From the NCBI GenBank assembly GCA_036253495.1, contig GCA_036253495.1_4125.1: DNA of 64,000 nt; one strand, written 5' to 3'. Numbering within the stretch: the first letter of the stretch is position 1; every line of letters begins with the position of its first letter. Shown here one piece after another: positions 1 to 7,395 of this stretch. Origin of the DNA: a phage. The notes under the pieces were generated by a model that worked only from the letters and a program-made list of their open reading frames with translations, made no database searches and was not told where the DNA came from. The translations under genes were made by a program, and so were the position numbers.

Positions 1-110
1 ACCATATAAGGGTAACAGTTATGCACATGAATCCGTTCATAGTAGTAATTGCAATCATTATGGCAGTACAGGCCGTATTAGTTTACTTAAGCAAAGCAGG
101 AGTTATCTAA
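1..110 (+). CDS. 3' end of small hydrophobic protein (open to window edge; possible own start ATG 21)
   Basis: frame open from nt 3; tail NPFIVVIAIIMAVQAVLVYLSKAGVI is one TM-like helix; TAA 108-110. Confidence 0.35.
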   Translation, partial: HIRVTVMHMNPFIVVIAIIMAVQAVLVYLSKAGVI

Positions 111-111
111 A

Positions 112-285
112 ATGATCCATGTAGAATTATCAGTACTGAAAGATTTGTTTTATCGGATGGGTACTACTGGCGAATATCCGAAGGGTGATACCGCAAAACT
201 TTTTGTATCACTCGACTTATGGCAACGCGAACAATTAGTAACGTCCTGGCGTAAAGGTAAAGCCGACAAGGGGGCCGTAGCATGA
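112..285 (+). CDS. hypothetical small protein, 57 aa
   Basis: ATG 112 right after previous stop; stop overlaps next start (ATGA 282-285); below track cutoff; antisense track ORF 150..332 judged spurious. Confidence 0.45.
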   Translation: MIHVELSVLKDLFYRMGTTGEYPKGDTAKLFVSLDLWQREQLVTSWRKGKADKGAVA

Positions 286-431
286 AAGAATACATTTTCG
301 AAGTTACGTTTTTGGGTAAAGGTATGCATCAACTGATACGGTCCAGCGGATACAGTGTTAACCAGGCGTGGAATAACTTAAAACAAATGTACCCGAACGC
401 TATCACATATCGCAACCCTCGCGAGGCATAA
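282..431 (+). CDS. hypothetical small protein, 49 aa
   Basis: ATGA-coupled to upstream ORF; MKEYIFEVTFLGKG...; TAA 429-431 followed by hairpin 447-468. Confidence 0.45.
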   Translation: MKEYIFEVTFLGKGMHQLIRSSGYSVNQAWNNLKQMYPNAITYRNPREA

Positions 432-440
432 AATAAATTG

Positions 441-616
441 AAAAAAGGGATTGACTCCGGTCAGTCCCTTTGCTATTATATACGCATAGAAACAAATTAG
501 CCCACCGGGTGCATAAATGTATCTATTGTTTGCTGGTGGAGGTATTATCTAGTACTGAAAACTATTTTTAAAAAGTACTTGCATTGTACTTAGAATCAAG
601 TATAATGTTTTACATC
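441..616 (+). repeat. intergenic regulatory module, copy 1 of 3 (others 3745-3916, 6822-7001)
   Basis: A-run + GGGATTGACTCCGGTCAGTCCCTTTGCTATTATATA, conserved CCCA..GGGTGCATA.GTGTATCTA box, then a second promoter; blocks near-identical in all copies. Confidence 0.8.
447..479 (+). terminator. hairpin terminator with embedded promoter
   Basis: stem GGGATTGAC/GTCAGTCCC then TTT; TTGACT 451-456 lies in the stem-loop, N17, TATTAT 474-479. Confidence 0.55.
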
Positions 617-645
617 AGGACGGGGAATGAAACAAGTAACCCCGT
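579..645 (+). promoter_or_regulatory. early-type promoter + G-rich leader hairpin (no ORF directly downstream)
   Basis: TTGCAT 579-584, N16, TATAAT 601-606; hairpin ACGGGG/CCCCGT 620-645. Confidence 0.55.
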
Positions 646-694
646 TAAGTAGTCCAGGAGTAAGACATAAGAAAACCTCCCCTGATAAAATAGT

Positions 695-722
695 TTGACA
701 ATAGAAAGTAAACGAGTATAAT
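695..722 (+). promoter_or_regulatory. sigma70-like promoter
   Basis: TTGACA 695-700, N16, TATAAT 717-722. Confidence 0.7.
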
Positions 723-754
723 ACTTACATCAACCACTGATAAGGAAACATAAA

Positions 755-1030
755 ATGCGGATTCTACTGACAGCTAACGAAATCGAGCAAGTACTGACTA
801 CTAACCTGGAACAATGGAAACGTGATGCAGATATCCAGGCGGTACAATGGCTTAACGATAAGTTAACGCCAGATGACTTAAGCAAGATTGTTGACCCTCA
901 ATTCTATGAAGATATTCACGACACGGCTTTAAGCGTCGAGGATGTACTTGATAAGCACTACATTGATATTGATTTGCAGGTTTACGGTCGTAAAAACTTT
1001 ATCACTATTCACGACATTTACAATACTTAA
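755..1030 (+). CDS. hypothetical protein, 91 aa
   Basis: track ORF; SD AAGGAA upstream; own promoter 695-722. Confidence 0.7.
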   Translation: MRILLTANEIEQVLTTNLEQWKRDADIQAVQWLNDKLTPDDLSKIVDPQFYEDIHDTALSVEDVLDKHYIDIDLQVYGRKNFITIHDIYNT

Positions 1031-1033
1031 GTA

Positions 1034-1092
1034 TTGACAAAGTATCTTAGTACTGTATAATAGTTTACATCAAGAGGGGAATGGTTCCCCTC
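1034..1092 (+). promoter_or_regulatory. early promoter + leader hairpin
   Basis: TTGACA 1034-1039, N16, TATAAT 1056-1061 (AGTACT abuts -10); hairpin GAGGGGAA/TTCCCCTC 1074-1092. Confidence 0.75.
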
Positions 1093-1115
1093 CTAACAAA
1101 GAGAGAGAAATAAAA

Positions 1116-1298
1116 ATGGCTAAGTGCACTATCTGTAAGAAAGAAATCGTATTAGTTCCAAGTGCCCGTGAACGTGCCGCTCGGTTCGGTGGCAAAGCGT
1201 CAGACTATACAAAAATGTTTACTGCCCATGCAGATTGCCAGGTAGCAAAACGTTCACAAGAAAGCGTAGAATTAATGCGTAAACTTTCCAAAAAATAA
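1116..1298 (+). CDS. small Cys-containing protein, 60 aa (CxxC...HxxC, possible zinc ribbon)
   Basis: track ORF; CTICKK and HADC motifs; A-rich SD GAGAGAGAAATAAAA. Confidence 0.6.
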   Translation: MAKCTICKKEIVLVPSARERAARFGGKASDYTKMFTAHADCQVAKRSQESVELMRKLSKK

Positions 1299-1301
1299 GT
1301 A

Positions 1302-1362
1302 TTGACAAAGTATCTTAGTACTGTATAATAGTTTACATCAAGTGAGGGGAATGGTTCCCCTC
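1302..1362 (+). promoter_or_regulatory. early promoter + leader hairpin
   Basis: TTGACA 1302-1307, N16, TATAAT 1324-1329; hairpin 1344-1362; near-identical to 1034-1092. Confidence 0.75.
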
Positions 1363-1385
1363 CTAACTAAAAGAGAGAAATAAAA

Positions 1386-1709
1386 ATGGCTATGATCCTC
1401 ACCCAGAAAGTAGAACTGAAAATTGTAACATCCTTTGACATTAAAGTTAATCGGTGGACTGATTCACACGGCAATACTTACCACTCTTGCTACGTGTCTG
1501 CGTTAATTGGCGACCGCTGGGAGGATTTAGGACATGAAACCTTTACTTACGGTTACGGCACACAAGGCGAATACACGGGCTTGGAGATCATTAAAGAAAC
1601 GGTTATAGGTTTCAACCCGAAAGAAAAAGTTATTCATCAAATAGAAAAAGAGATCAACAAAGAAATAACAGTTCGCTACAACGATGTAAAACGTAAGAAA
1701 GACATGTAA
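1386..1709 (+). CDS. hypothetical protein, 107 aa
   Basis: track ORF with same leader/SD as 1116 gene. Confidence 0.7.
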   Translation: MAMILTQKVELKIVTSFDIKVNRWTDSHGNTYHSCYVSALIGDRWEDLGHETFTYGYGTQGEYTGLEIIKETVIGFNPKEKVIHQIEKEINKEITVRYNDVKRKKDM

Positions 1710-1731
1710 TAGAATCCATTTAAAGTACTAT

Positions 1732-1760
1732 TTGACATTGCCCAGATAGTACTTTATAAT
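1732..1760 (+). promoter_or_regulatory. sigma70-like promoter
   Basis: TTGACA 1732-1737, N17, TATAAT 1755-1760. Confidence 0.7.
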
Positions 1761-1804
1761 AGACTCTAGCTTGTAGTACTAACTTAACTAATAGGATGTA
1801 TACC

Positions 1805-2200
1805 ATGATTACTAAATTCTACGCTACCCGTGAAGCTGCCCGTATTGTTGCACGCGAGGAAGGAGCAGCATTTAAAGACATGGGCACGACCGCACCGAAA
1901 GGCCAACGCTGGGCCGTACAGTTCAAAGAAATCTCTGATATTGTGAATTCACCTGAACCAGTACTAACAGCAGCAGAACAGAAGAAAGCTGATGAACTGT
2001 CAGCAGTACTTAACGCTCAAGATGAATTTATCGCGGGTTCTGATATCAAAGTACAGGTAAATGCTAATGCATGGACTCACGCGGATCACCTGGCTAACCT
2101 GAAGCGTCCAAGTGAACTGGTTCGCAACCAGAAAGAGATCCGACACGACCGTAAGGGTAATCGTGTAACAGTATACAGTAAACGCCGCCAGGTTATCTAA
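1805..2200 (+). CDS. hypothetical protein, 131 aa
   Basis: track ORF 1796..2200; ATG 1805 preferred because AGGA 1793-1796 sits 8 nt upstream. Confidence 0.65.
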   Translation: MITKFYATREAARIVAREEGAAFKDMGTTAPKGQRWAVQFKEISDIVNSPEPVLTAAEQKKADELSAVLNAQDEFIAGSDIKVQVNANAWTHADHLANLKRPSELVRNQKEIRHDRKGNRVTVYSKRRQVI

Positions 2201-2222
2201 TAACTTGCAGTACTAACAACAC

Positions 2223-2247
2223 GGCGGGATCAGTTCCCGCCTTTTTT
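2223..2247 (+). terminator. rho-independent terminator
   Basis: GGCGGGA/TCCCGCC stem followed by T6. Confidence 0.8.
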
Positions 2248-2262
2248 ATAGGATAAACTAAA

Positions 2263-2517
2263 ATGATTAAGGTACAACTATCTAAAGATAATATCTTGCG
2301 GGTACACTATAAAGCCCCTCAGAGAATCATCACAAAGGCCGTACAGCTTGCTAATGAGTTTATTAATGGTAATCTATTGCCCAGGAAGTTAAGCAACGGC
2401 AAACTGCGTGTAATCGATGTAGACACTAACAACAGGATAGTAATCGAGAATACCGGAAAGATAAACCTCTATGAACACCAACAATATAATAAGAAAATAA
2501 AACTAATATCACGTTGA
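2263..2517 (+). CDS. hypothetical protein, 84 aa
   Basis: track ORF; SD AGGA; stop TGA lies inside next promoter -35. Confidence 0.65.
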   Translation: MIKVQLSKDNILRVHYKAPQRIITKAVQLANEFINGNLLPRKLSNGKLRVIDVDTNNRIVIENTGKINLYEHQQYNKKIKLISR

Positions 2518-2542
2518 CAGTACTCAATTGTTTTAGTACTAT
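2514..2542 (+). promoter_or_regulatory. sigma70-like promoter
   Basis: TTGACA 2514-2519, N17, TACTAT 2537-2542; two AGTACT in spacer region. Confidence 0.65.
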
Positions 2543-2570
2543 GTATCTATACCAACACGGGAGAAACAAA

Positions 2571-2789
2571 ATGAAATTATCTAAAATCGAAAAGAAAACT
2601 ATTGATGAAGCAGTTAAGCACGGTTATACCTTTCGTAATGATTCACATTTTACCAATTTTCAACAAGGGTATCGTACTATTAAAAAACTAATTGACAAAG
2701 GTTTATTAGTTAAAGTAGATAACGGTAACGGCGTGGAGTATCAGCCAACACAAGACGCATTATCTTTAAAGAAATATGCAATTATCTAA
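2571..2789 (+). CDS. hypothetical protein, 72 aa (possible winged-helix, weak)
   Basis: start re-set from 2514 (track ORF runs through promoter); SD GGGAGA; IKKLIDKGLLV segment. Confidence 0.55.
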   Translation: MKLSKIEKKTIDEAVKHGYTFRNDSHFTNFQQGYRTIKKLIDKGLLVKVDNGNGVEYQPTQDALSLKKYAII

Positions 2790-2818
2790 TTGACAGTACT
2801 CAAATGTTTTAGTACTAT
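2790..2818 (+). promoter_or_regulatory. sigma70-like promoter (duplicate of 2514 cassette)
   Basis: TTGACA 2790-2795, N17, TACTAT 2813-2818. Confidence 0.65.
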
Positions 2819-2854
2819 ATGTACATACCAACACGGAATAACTGGAGAAACAAA

Positions 2855-3082
2855 ATGATTAATATCTTAGAACGCATCAAAGAAACTACTACGCTGGTGG
2901 ATCTACTCAATGTACTGACTTTTAAAGTAACTCGGTTTAGTACTCCTGAATTTATCAACCTCATTGATAGTAAAGGTGAATACCGCATCACTATTGAAAA
3001 TGGTCGTGCTAATGTATTCAGTACTAAATCAGGTAAAACCGCAATTCATTCTGTAATTGCAAATAAAACTGTTGCAATCTAA
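2855..3082 (+). CDS. hypothetical protein, 75 aa
   Basis: start re-set from 2819; SD GGAGAAACAAA as in 2571 gene. Confidence 0.6.
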   Translation: MINILERIKETTTLVDLLNVLTFKVTRFSTPEFINLIDSKGEYRITIENGRANVFSTKSGKTAIHSVIANKTVAI

Positions 3083-3130
3083 TTAGTACTAACATATAAT
3101 AGTCACATCAAGGCAGGGAATACCTCCCTG
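3072..3130 (+). promoter_or_regulatory. early promoter + leader hairpin
   Basis: TTGCAA 3072-3077, N17, TATAAT 3095-3100; hairpin CAGGGA/TCCCTG 3114-3130. Confidence 0.65.
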
Positions 3131-3151
3131 CTATCTTAAAGAGTAAATGCA

Positions 3152-3736
3152 ATGCGTAATTATACTAAATTCATCCGGGCACTGGCAGAAATGGAAACTA
3201 ACAAAGAGATCCTTACAGCTTGTCGGTTGGCTGGTCTGGAGATCATCGGGGCCGGATCATCCCGTATCGTATTCGCTTTAAATGATCGGTTAGTGATTAA
3301 GGTCGCTAATTGTGACGCTGGCGTAGAACAAAATGAAACAGAATGTAAGGTATGGAATTTTTTAGATTATGACCGCCCTCACCTTAAACAGTACTTTGCT
3401 AAGGTGCATATGCATTTAAGCGATCCTGATAATATGTTTATTGTTATGGATCGTTTGAGTACTGCAAGCAAAGGCAGTGTAAAGCACGTTAACGCTTGCA
3501 ATGAATTAAAGTACAATGTCAAACGTAACACTATTGAACGCCAACACCATTTCGCTGATGCACTACAACACGTTGATGATACCTTATCAACACTAACGAT
3601 AAGAGATATCAGAAAGCAGAACATAGGCCAAGATCGCAATGGCCTGATTAAAGTACTTGATTACGGTTTAACCCGCAATATCTGGAATCAGTACTATAAA
3701 CAACGCGACGTAAAAGCCGTAACTATAACACGATAA
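3152..3736 (+). CDS. small protein-kinase-like protein, 194 aa
   Basis: GAGSSRIVF (Gly loop), VIKVA (Lys), RDIRKQN (catalytic D..N spacing as in HRDxKxxN), LDYG (DFG-like). Confidence 0.6.
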   Translation: MRNYTKFIRALAEMETNKEILTACRLAGLEIIGAGSSRIVFALNDRLVIKVANCDAGVEQNETECKVWNFLDYDRPHLKQYFAKVHMHLSDPDNMFIVMDRLSTASKGSVKHVNACNELKYNVKRNTIERQHHFADALQHVDDTLSTLTIRDIRKQNIGQDRNGLIKVLDYGLTRNIWNQYYKQRDVKAVTITR

Positions 3737-3744
3737 AAAAGATT

Positions 3745-3916
3745 AAAAAAGGGATTGACTCCAGTCAGTCCCTTTGCTATTATATAGTCATTGAGAGATA
3801 ACTCACTGACCCATAGGGTGCATAAGTGTATCTATAATATAAGTATTGTCAGTACTGAAAACTATTTTAAAAAAGTACTTGCATTGTACTTAGAATCAAG
3901 TATAATGTTTTATATC
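3745..3916 (+). repeat. intergenic regulatory module, copy 2 of 3
   Basis: same hairpin/promoter block and second TTGCAT promoter as 441-616. Confidence 0.8.
3751..3783 (+). terminator. hairpin terminator with embedded promoter
   Basis: GGGATTGAC...GTCAGTCCC + TTT; TTGACT 3755-3760, N17, TATTAT 3778-3783. Confidence 0.55.
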
Positions 3917-3939
3917 GAGAGGGGGAAACGGTTCTCCCT
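3879..3939 (+). promoter_or_regulatory. early promoter + leader hairpin
   Basis: TTGCAT 3879-3884, N16, TATAAT 3901-3906; hairpin 3920-3939. Confidence 0.7.
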
Positions 3940-3958
3940 GGCAATAAGGAATAAAATC

Positions 3959-4180
3959 ATGACTACAATGACTTGCATTTACGCTTCCAATCTTCTGAAT
4001 GATGCGGCCTTTAATGTTGATTCAGAATATCAATGTTATCGGGATGAAAATAAAAAAGTTTTTGTAGTTGATAATAATGGTTTCCATATTGAATTGCAAT
4101 CCGGCTTCACTGGCGTTGATGGTAAATCAGTATGGGGCGTACAGGATGATAAAGGTACATATCATTTTAAACGTAATTAA
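3959..4180 (+). CDS. hypothetical protein, 73 aa
   Basis: start re-set from 3791 (track ORF reads through promoter and hairpin); SD AAGGAATAAAATC. Confidence 0.65.
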   Translation: MTTMTCIYASNLLNDAAFNVDSEYQCYRDENKKVFVVDNNGFHIELQSGFTGVDGKSVWGVQDDKGTYHFKRN

Positions 4181-4183
4181 GTA

Positions 4184-4242
4184 TTGACAAAGTATCTTAG
4201 TACTGTATAATAGTTTACATCAAGGGGAGAATAGTTCTCCCC
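4184..4242 (+). promoter_or_regulatory. early promoter + leader hairpin
   Basis: TTGACA 4184-4189, N16, TATAAT 4206-4211; hairpin GGGGAGAA/TTCTCCCC 4224-4242. Confidence 0.75.
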
Positions 4243-4263
4243 GATACTAAAAGGAATAAAATC

Positions 4264-4671
4264 ATGACTACTACTAATCAAGCTCGGTCCATCGCCAACG
4301 ATAAAAATCATGCTGCAATGGTCGCTGGTTACATTGAAGCTATGCAATTCAGTACTGTACACAATGAGAACGGCGAATACCTGGAAGATTATGAATTATC
4401 AGAGCAAGCCCATCAAGCGGCAGTGATTGCATGTTCACGTTTCCTTGCTGTACATGGTGAAGATATGGAAACAGTACAAAAACACCATAATCCTGATTAT
4501 ACTTATAATCATGCAGGTCATGATCTCTTTCTTACTCGCGAAGGTCACGGTACTGGCTTTTGGGATCGTGATATCGGTCACTATGACGATGTATTCACTA
4601 AGTACTGCGAAGAAATCAACGTTTGCGATCCCTATGTAGGCGATGATAATCTAATCTATATGGGCGAATAA
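4264..4671 (+). CDS. hypothetical protein, 135 aa
   Basis: track ORF; SD AAGGAA; His/Gly-rich segment GHDLFLTREGHGTGFWDR; no family named. Confidence 0.75.
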   Translation: MTTTNQARSIANDKNHAAMVAGYIEAMQFSTVHNENGEYLEDYELSEQAHQAAVIACSRFLAVHGEDMETVQKHHNPDYTYNHAGHDLFLTREGHGTGFWDRDIGHYDDVFTKYCEEINVCDPYVGDDNLIYMGE

Positions 4672-4677
4672 AAGTAC

Positions 4678-4736
4678 TTGACAAAGTATATCAGTACTGT
4701 ATAATAGTTTACATCAAGGGGAGAATAGTTCTCCCC
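4678..4736 (+). promoter_or_regulatory. early promoter + leader hairpin
   Basis: TTGACA 4678-4683, N16, TATAAT 4700-4705; hairpin 4718-4736. Confidence 0.75.
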
Positions 4737-4758
4737 ACCAATAAAAGGAAACAACATT

Positions 4759-5031
4759 ATGTCAAGCTACTCCGCTACTATGATCATTAAAGATATGAAC
4801 GGTAATCCTACTTCTGCTGGTGGATCATTTGGAAACATTAACTTAGATGGTCGGTTATCAATGGAATCAGCCATCAATGCAGCGAAAGAAGTTTTTAAGA
4901 ATGAATGTACTGTAAGCAAGCTAGATTATATGGGCTTCGCTATCGAGAAAACTAAACGTTTTGTGGACTACAAAAATCCACTAATGATTGATACTAACCT
5001 GAAAGCTAACGAAGTGGAATACTTATTATGA
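4759..5031 (+). CDS. hypothetical protein, 90 aa
   Basis: track ORF; SD AAGGAA. Confidence 0.7.
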   Translation: MSSYSATMIIKDMNGNPTSAGGSFGNINLDGRLSMESAINAAKEVFKNECTVSKLDYMGFAIEKTKRFVDYKNPLMIDTNLKANEVEYLL

Positions 5032-5219
5032 CAGTTGAAGAAGTTAAAAAAGTACTGGCAGTACTACGCTATCATAATCATTGCAAGGTGAAGAATGATC
5101 CTGATTATGTTGATTCATCCCTGGAGGAAGACACCTTAAACGCGATAAGCCATATGCAAACATTAGCAAAGCGTATGACCGAAAAGAATAGGCCGGACTA
5201 TATCGGAAATAAAATTTAA
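5028..5219 (+). CDS. hypothetical protein, 63 aa
   Basis: ATGA overlap with upstream stop. Confidence 0.6.
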   Translation: MTVEEVKKVLAVLRYHNHCKVKNDPDYVDSSLEEDTLNAISHMQTLAKRMTEKNRPDYIGNKI

Positions 5220-5226
5220 AAAGTAC

Positions 5227-5288
5227 TTGCATTGTAGTTAGATTAAAGTATAATGTTTTATATCGAGAGGGGGAAATGGTTTCCCCTC
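5227..5288 (+). promoter_or_regulatory. early promoter + leader hairpin
   Basis: TTGCAT 5227-5232, N16, TATAAT 5249-5254; hairpin 5267-5288. Confidence 0.7.
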
Positions 5289-5306
5289 AAGTCCAGGAGA
5301 TACACC

Positions 5307-5570
5307 ATGAACACTATCGAAATCACTATTAATGCTCACGTATACGACAACGTAGTACTGCAAACTACTATGACCGCTAACGATACCAGTACTTTGCGGA
5401 ATACTGTTATAAGTGCTGTATGTGCCGCTATCGGTGATGTATCCCTGGAAAATGCAGAACACATCAACAACGGTTTCACTATGTGCAAACGTGATAACGC
5501 AAAACATATCATCGTAGAAGGTTACGGCGGTGTAGAATATAACCTTTATATGAAAAAAGTACTTGCATAG
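5307..5570 (+). CDS. hypothetical protein, 87 aa
   Basis: start re-set from 5253; SD CAGGAGA. Confidence 0.65.
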   Translation: MNTIEITINAHVYDNVVLQTTMTANDTSTLRNTVISAVCAAIGDVSLENAEHINNGFTMCKRDNAKHIIVEGYGGVEYNLYMKKVLA

Positions 5571-5619
5571 TAACTAAAACAAAGTATAATGTTTTGCATA
5601 GGGGGAGATATCCTCCCCC
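5563..5619 (+). promoter_or_regulatory. early promoter + leader hairpin
   Basis: TTGCAT 5563-5568, N16, TATAAT 5585-5590; hairpin GGGGGAG/CTCCCCC 5601-5619. Confidence 0.7.
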
Positions 5620-5638
5620 ACTAATAAGGAGTACTACG

Positions 5639-5863
5639 ATGGCTAATCATGATGAACTGATTCGGGAAGTAGCTAACCTGGCGGCAGAAAAGAAATCATT
5701 TGATTCTATCTATAACACCGCTCACCGTGATTCAGTACTGGCATGTAATCAGGATCAAAAAGATGAACTGATCGCAACCTATCATGAAGCATGGAAGTAT
5801 TACCGTCAATGGGAGAAAGAAGAAAAAGCATCAACCATAAGAGGATTAAATAATCTAGTATAA
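5639..5863 (+). CDS. hypothetical protein, 74 aa
   Basis: start re-set from 5594; SD AAGGAG. Confidence 0.65.
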   Translation: MANHDELIREVANLAAEKKSFDSIYNTAHRDSVLACNQDQKDELIATYHEAWKYYRQWEKEEKASTIRGLNNLV

Positions 5864-5915
5864 CAATAAAAGGGGATGATAATATCCCCTTAATAATTTC
5901 TATAATAGGTTAACA

Positions 5916-6182
5916 ATGAAAAAGAAAACAACATATCGCTATAATAAAAATTATCAATCCGTTGTATTAGATCACTCTATGCTCCCGCTCGTTGTCCCTG
6001 CCGTTGGTGTAGTCTATCAATCCATATACTGGTCAAGGAAACAACAAAAGTACTTAAAAGGCCCACTAGCACGTTATGAGGGTAACGGTGTATGGTCCGA
6101 TCCGTTACATCCAATCACTACGCGTTATATTGAATATTTTCCTTATTGTGACTACATTGAAATACATCCTAAATTTAATTGA
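5916..6182 (+). CDS. hypothetical protein, 88 aa (paralog of 6263..6520)
   Basis: shares LP(L/V)..P..G..Y......Y.GNG.W.DP..PI....DYIE pattern with next gene. Confidence 0.65.
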   Translation: MKKKTTYRYNKNYQSVVLDHSMLPLVVPAVGVVYQSIYWSRKQQKYLKGPLARYEGNGVWSDPLHPITTRYIEYFPYCDYIEIHPKFN

Positions 6183-6187
6183 TAGTA

Positions 6188-6241
6188 TTGACAGTACTAA
6201 CTGATAGTGTATAATGTTTTGCATAGGGGGAATACTCCCCC
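6188..6241 (+). promoter_or_regulatory. early promoter + leader hairpin
   Basis: TTGACA 6188-6193, N16, TATAAT 6210-6215; hairpin GGGGG/CCCCC 6226-6241. Confidence 0.7.
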
Positions 6242-6262
6242 AATATTAAAAGGGGAATCATC

Positions 6263-6520
6263 ATGGAACAATTCACACAATATCGGGTAAATCCTCAAGC
6301 TATGGCCTACGTAGAAGACCATAAAACGTTACCAGTACTGCAACCAGTTAAAGGCCGTATCTATCGTGGCCTTGCATGGAATACGGCCCAGGATGGATAT
6401 AAAACCGTTGCCGTGGGGATGTATTGCGGGAATGGTGAATGGTTTGATCCTAACAATCCGATTGCACTTGACAGTACTGAAAAAATGAAATGGGCCGACT
6501 ATATCGAGGATATCTCATAA
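6263..6520 (+). CDS. hypothetical protein, 85 aa (paralog of 5916..6182)
   Basis: track ORF; SD AAAGGGGAA. Confidence 0.7.
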   Translation: MEQFTQYRVNPQAMAYVEDHKTLPVLQPVKGRIYRGLAWNTAQDGYKTVAVGMYCGNGEWFDPNNPIALDSTEKMKWADYIEDIS

Positions 6521-6526
6521 AACTAT

Positions 6527-6587
6527 TTGACAGTACTATCATATAGTGTATAATGTTTTACATAGAGCGGGGGAATAGTTCTCCCGC
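6527..6587 (+). promoter_or_regulatory. early promoter + leader hairpin
   Basis: TTGACA 6527-6532, N16, TATAAT 6549-6554; hairpin 6567-6587. Confidence 0.7.
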
Positions 6588-6609
6588 CAATAGTTTGGAG
6601 TAAAACATT

Positions 6610-6810
6610 ATGTCAATCGCTATCGCCCTGGTTGAAGTACTGAAAGAAGCTAAAGCTAACCTGATCGACGTAAAGATCCAGGAACTACAATCCGGCTTAA
6701 TCGGCTGTACTTGTACCGCTGGTGGGGCGACAGATTATCGTGAATTCGAATCACTCGAATCTATGGTTCGGTATCTTACAATGATCGTGGAAGATTGGAA
6801 GATCATCTAA
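6610..6810 (+). CDS. hypothetical protein, 66 aa
   Basis: track ORF; SD TGGAG. Confidence 0.65.
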   Translation: MSIAIALVEVLKEAKANLIDVKIQELQSGLIGCTCTAGGATDYREFESLESMVRYLTMIVEDWKII

Positions 6811-6828
6811 CAAAAAAGAATAAAAAAA

Positions 6829-6861
6829 GGGATTGACTCCGGTCAGTCCCTTTGCTATTAT
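6829..6861 (+). terminator. hairpin terminator with embedded promoter
   Basis: hairpin 6829-6850 + TTT; TTGACT 6833-6838, N17, TATTAT 6856-6861. Confidence 0.55.
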
Positions 6862-6973
6862 ATACGCATAGACAAAAACTAGCCCACAGGGTGCATAGGT
6901 GTATCTAAAATATATAGTTAATAACGGTGAGTAACTATCTGCTGGTGGAGTGAAAACTATTAATAAAAAACTA

Positions 6974-7001
6974 TTGACAAAGTATAGCAGTACTGCAATA
7001 A
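6974..7001 (+). promoter_or_regulatory. sigma70-like promoter (weaker -10)
   Basis: TTGACA 6974-6979, N16, CAATAA 6996-7001. Confidence 0.5.
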
Positions 7002-7055
7002 TGTATCTCGTAGGGCGGCAATGGTGCGACGGTCCACAAAGTTAGGAGATTCAAA

Positions 7056-7388
7056 ATGAGTACTTCAATCGCTATCGTAAACGCTTTCATCCGTACCAAT
7101 GTTTCATCTGTATTCATTGACGGGCTGGATCGGGAAGTAGAATACTCAATCATTATCGCACAAACTGCAAACGGTGCTCGGTATATCCTCAATGATAGTG
7201 AAGCAAATCACTACTACTACACTAAAGCTACTGGCTTTAAACGCATCGATGCGGACGTAGTATACGCTAAGATGAATAAGCTGGTAGACAAGATTAACGC
7301 TAAAGGTACTATCGATTTACAGTACTGGACCGAAACCGATCCAGAATATGGATCACATCGCTACCTGAATCCAGGTATTAAAATGTAA
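7056..7388 (+). CDS. hypothetical protein, 110 aa
   Basis: track ORF; SD TAGGAGA. Confidence 0.7.
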   Translation: MSTSIAIVNAFIRTNVSSVFIDGLDREVEYSIIIAQTANGARYILNDSEANHYYYTKATGFKRIDADVVYAKMNKLVDKINAKGTIDLQYWTETDPEYGSHRYLNPGIKM

Positions 7389-7395
7389 AAAGTAC

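Larger units (their letters stand above)
6822..7001 (+). repeat. intergenic regulatory module, copy 3 of 3
   Basis: same hairpin/promoter block and GGGTGCATAGGTGTATCTA box; second promoter is the TTGACA variant. Confidence 0.8.

Noticed and set aside
3791-3958. N-terminal extensions of track ORFs (3791, 5253, 5594, 7415, 2514, 2819, 8359, 33816 and similar)
   Set aside because: The extensions read straight through promoters, leader hairpins or terminators. Good SD-ATG pairs lie downstream at the positions where paralogs and neighbours start.
4427-4639. Nested out-of-frame + strand ORFs (4427..4639, 20105..20317, 21949..22173, 26855..27082, 32704..32904, 38268..38555, 44216..44401, 44888..45094, 46947..47195, 53882..54127, 57343..57543, 63253..63444)
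   Set aside because: They lie entirely inside longer ORFs that carry family motifs or enzyme domains. They have no SD, and their compositions look like frame-shifted AT-rich noise.
5871-5890. Hairpins AGGGGAT/ATCCCCT (5871-5890) and AGGCCGC/GCGGCCT (7904-7923) as terminators
   Set aside because: Neither stem is followed by a T-tract. They may be RNA stability elements, but intrinsic termination is not supported.
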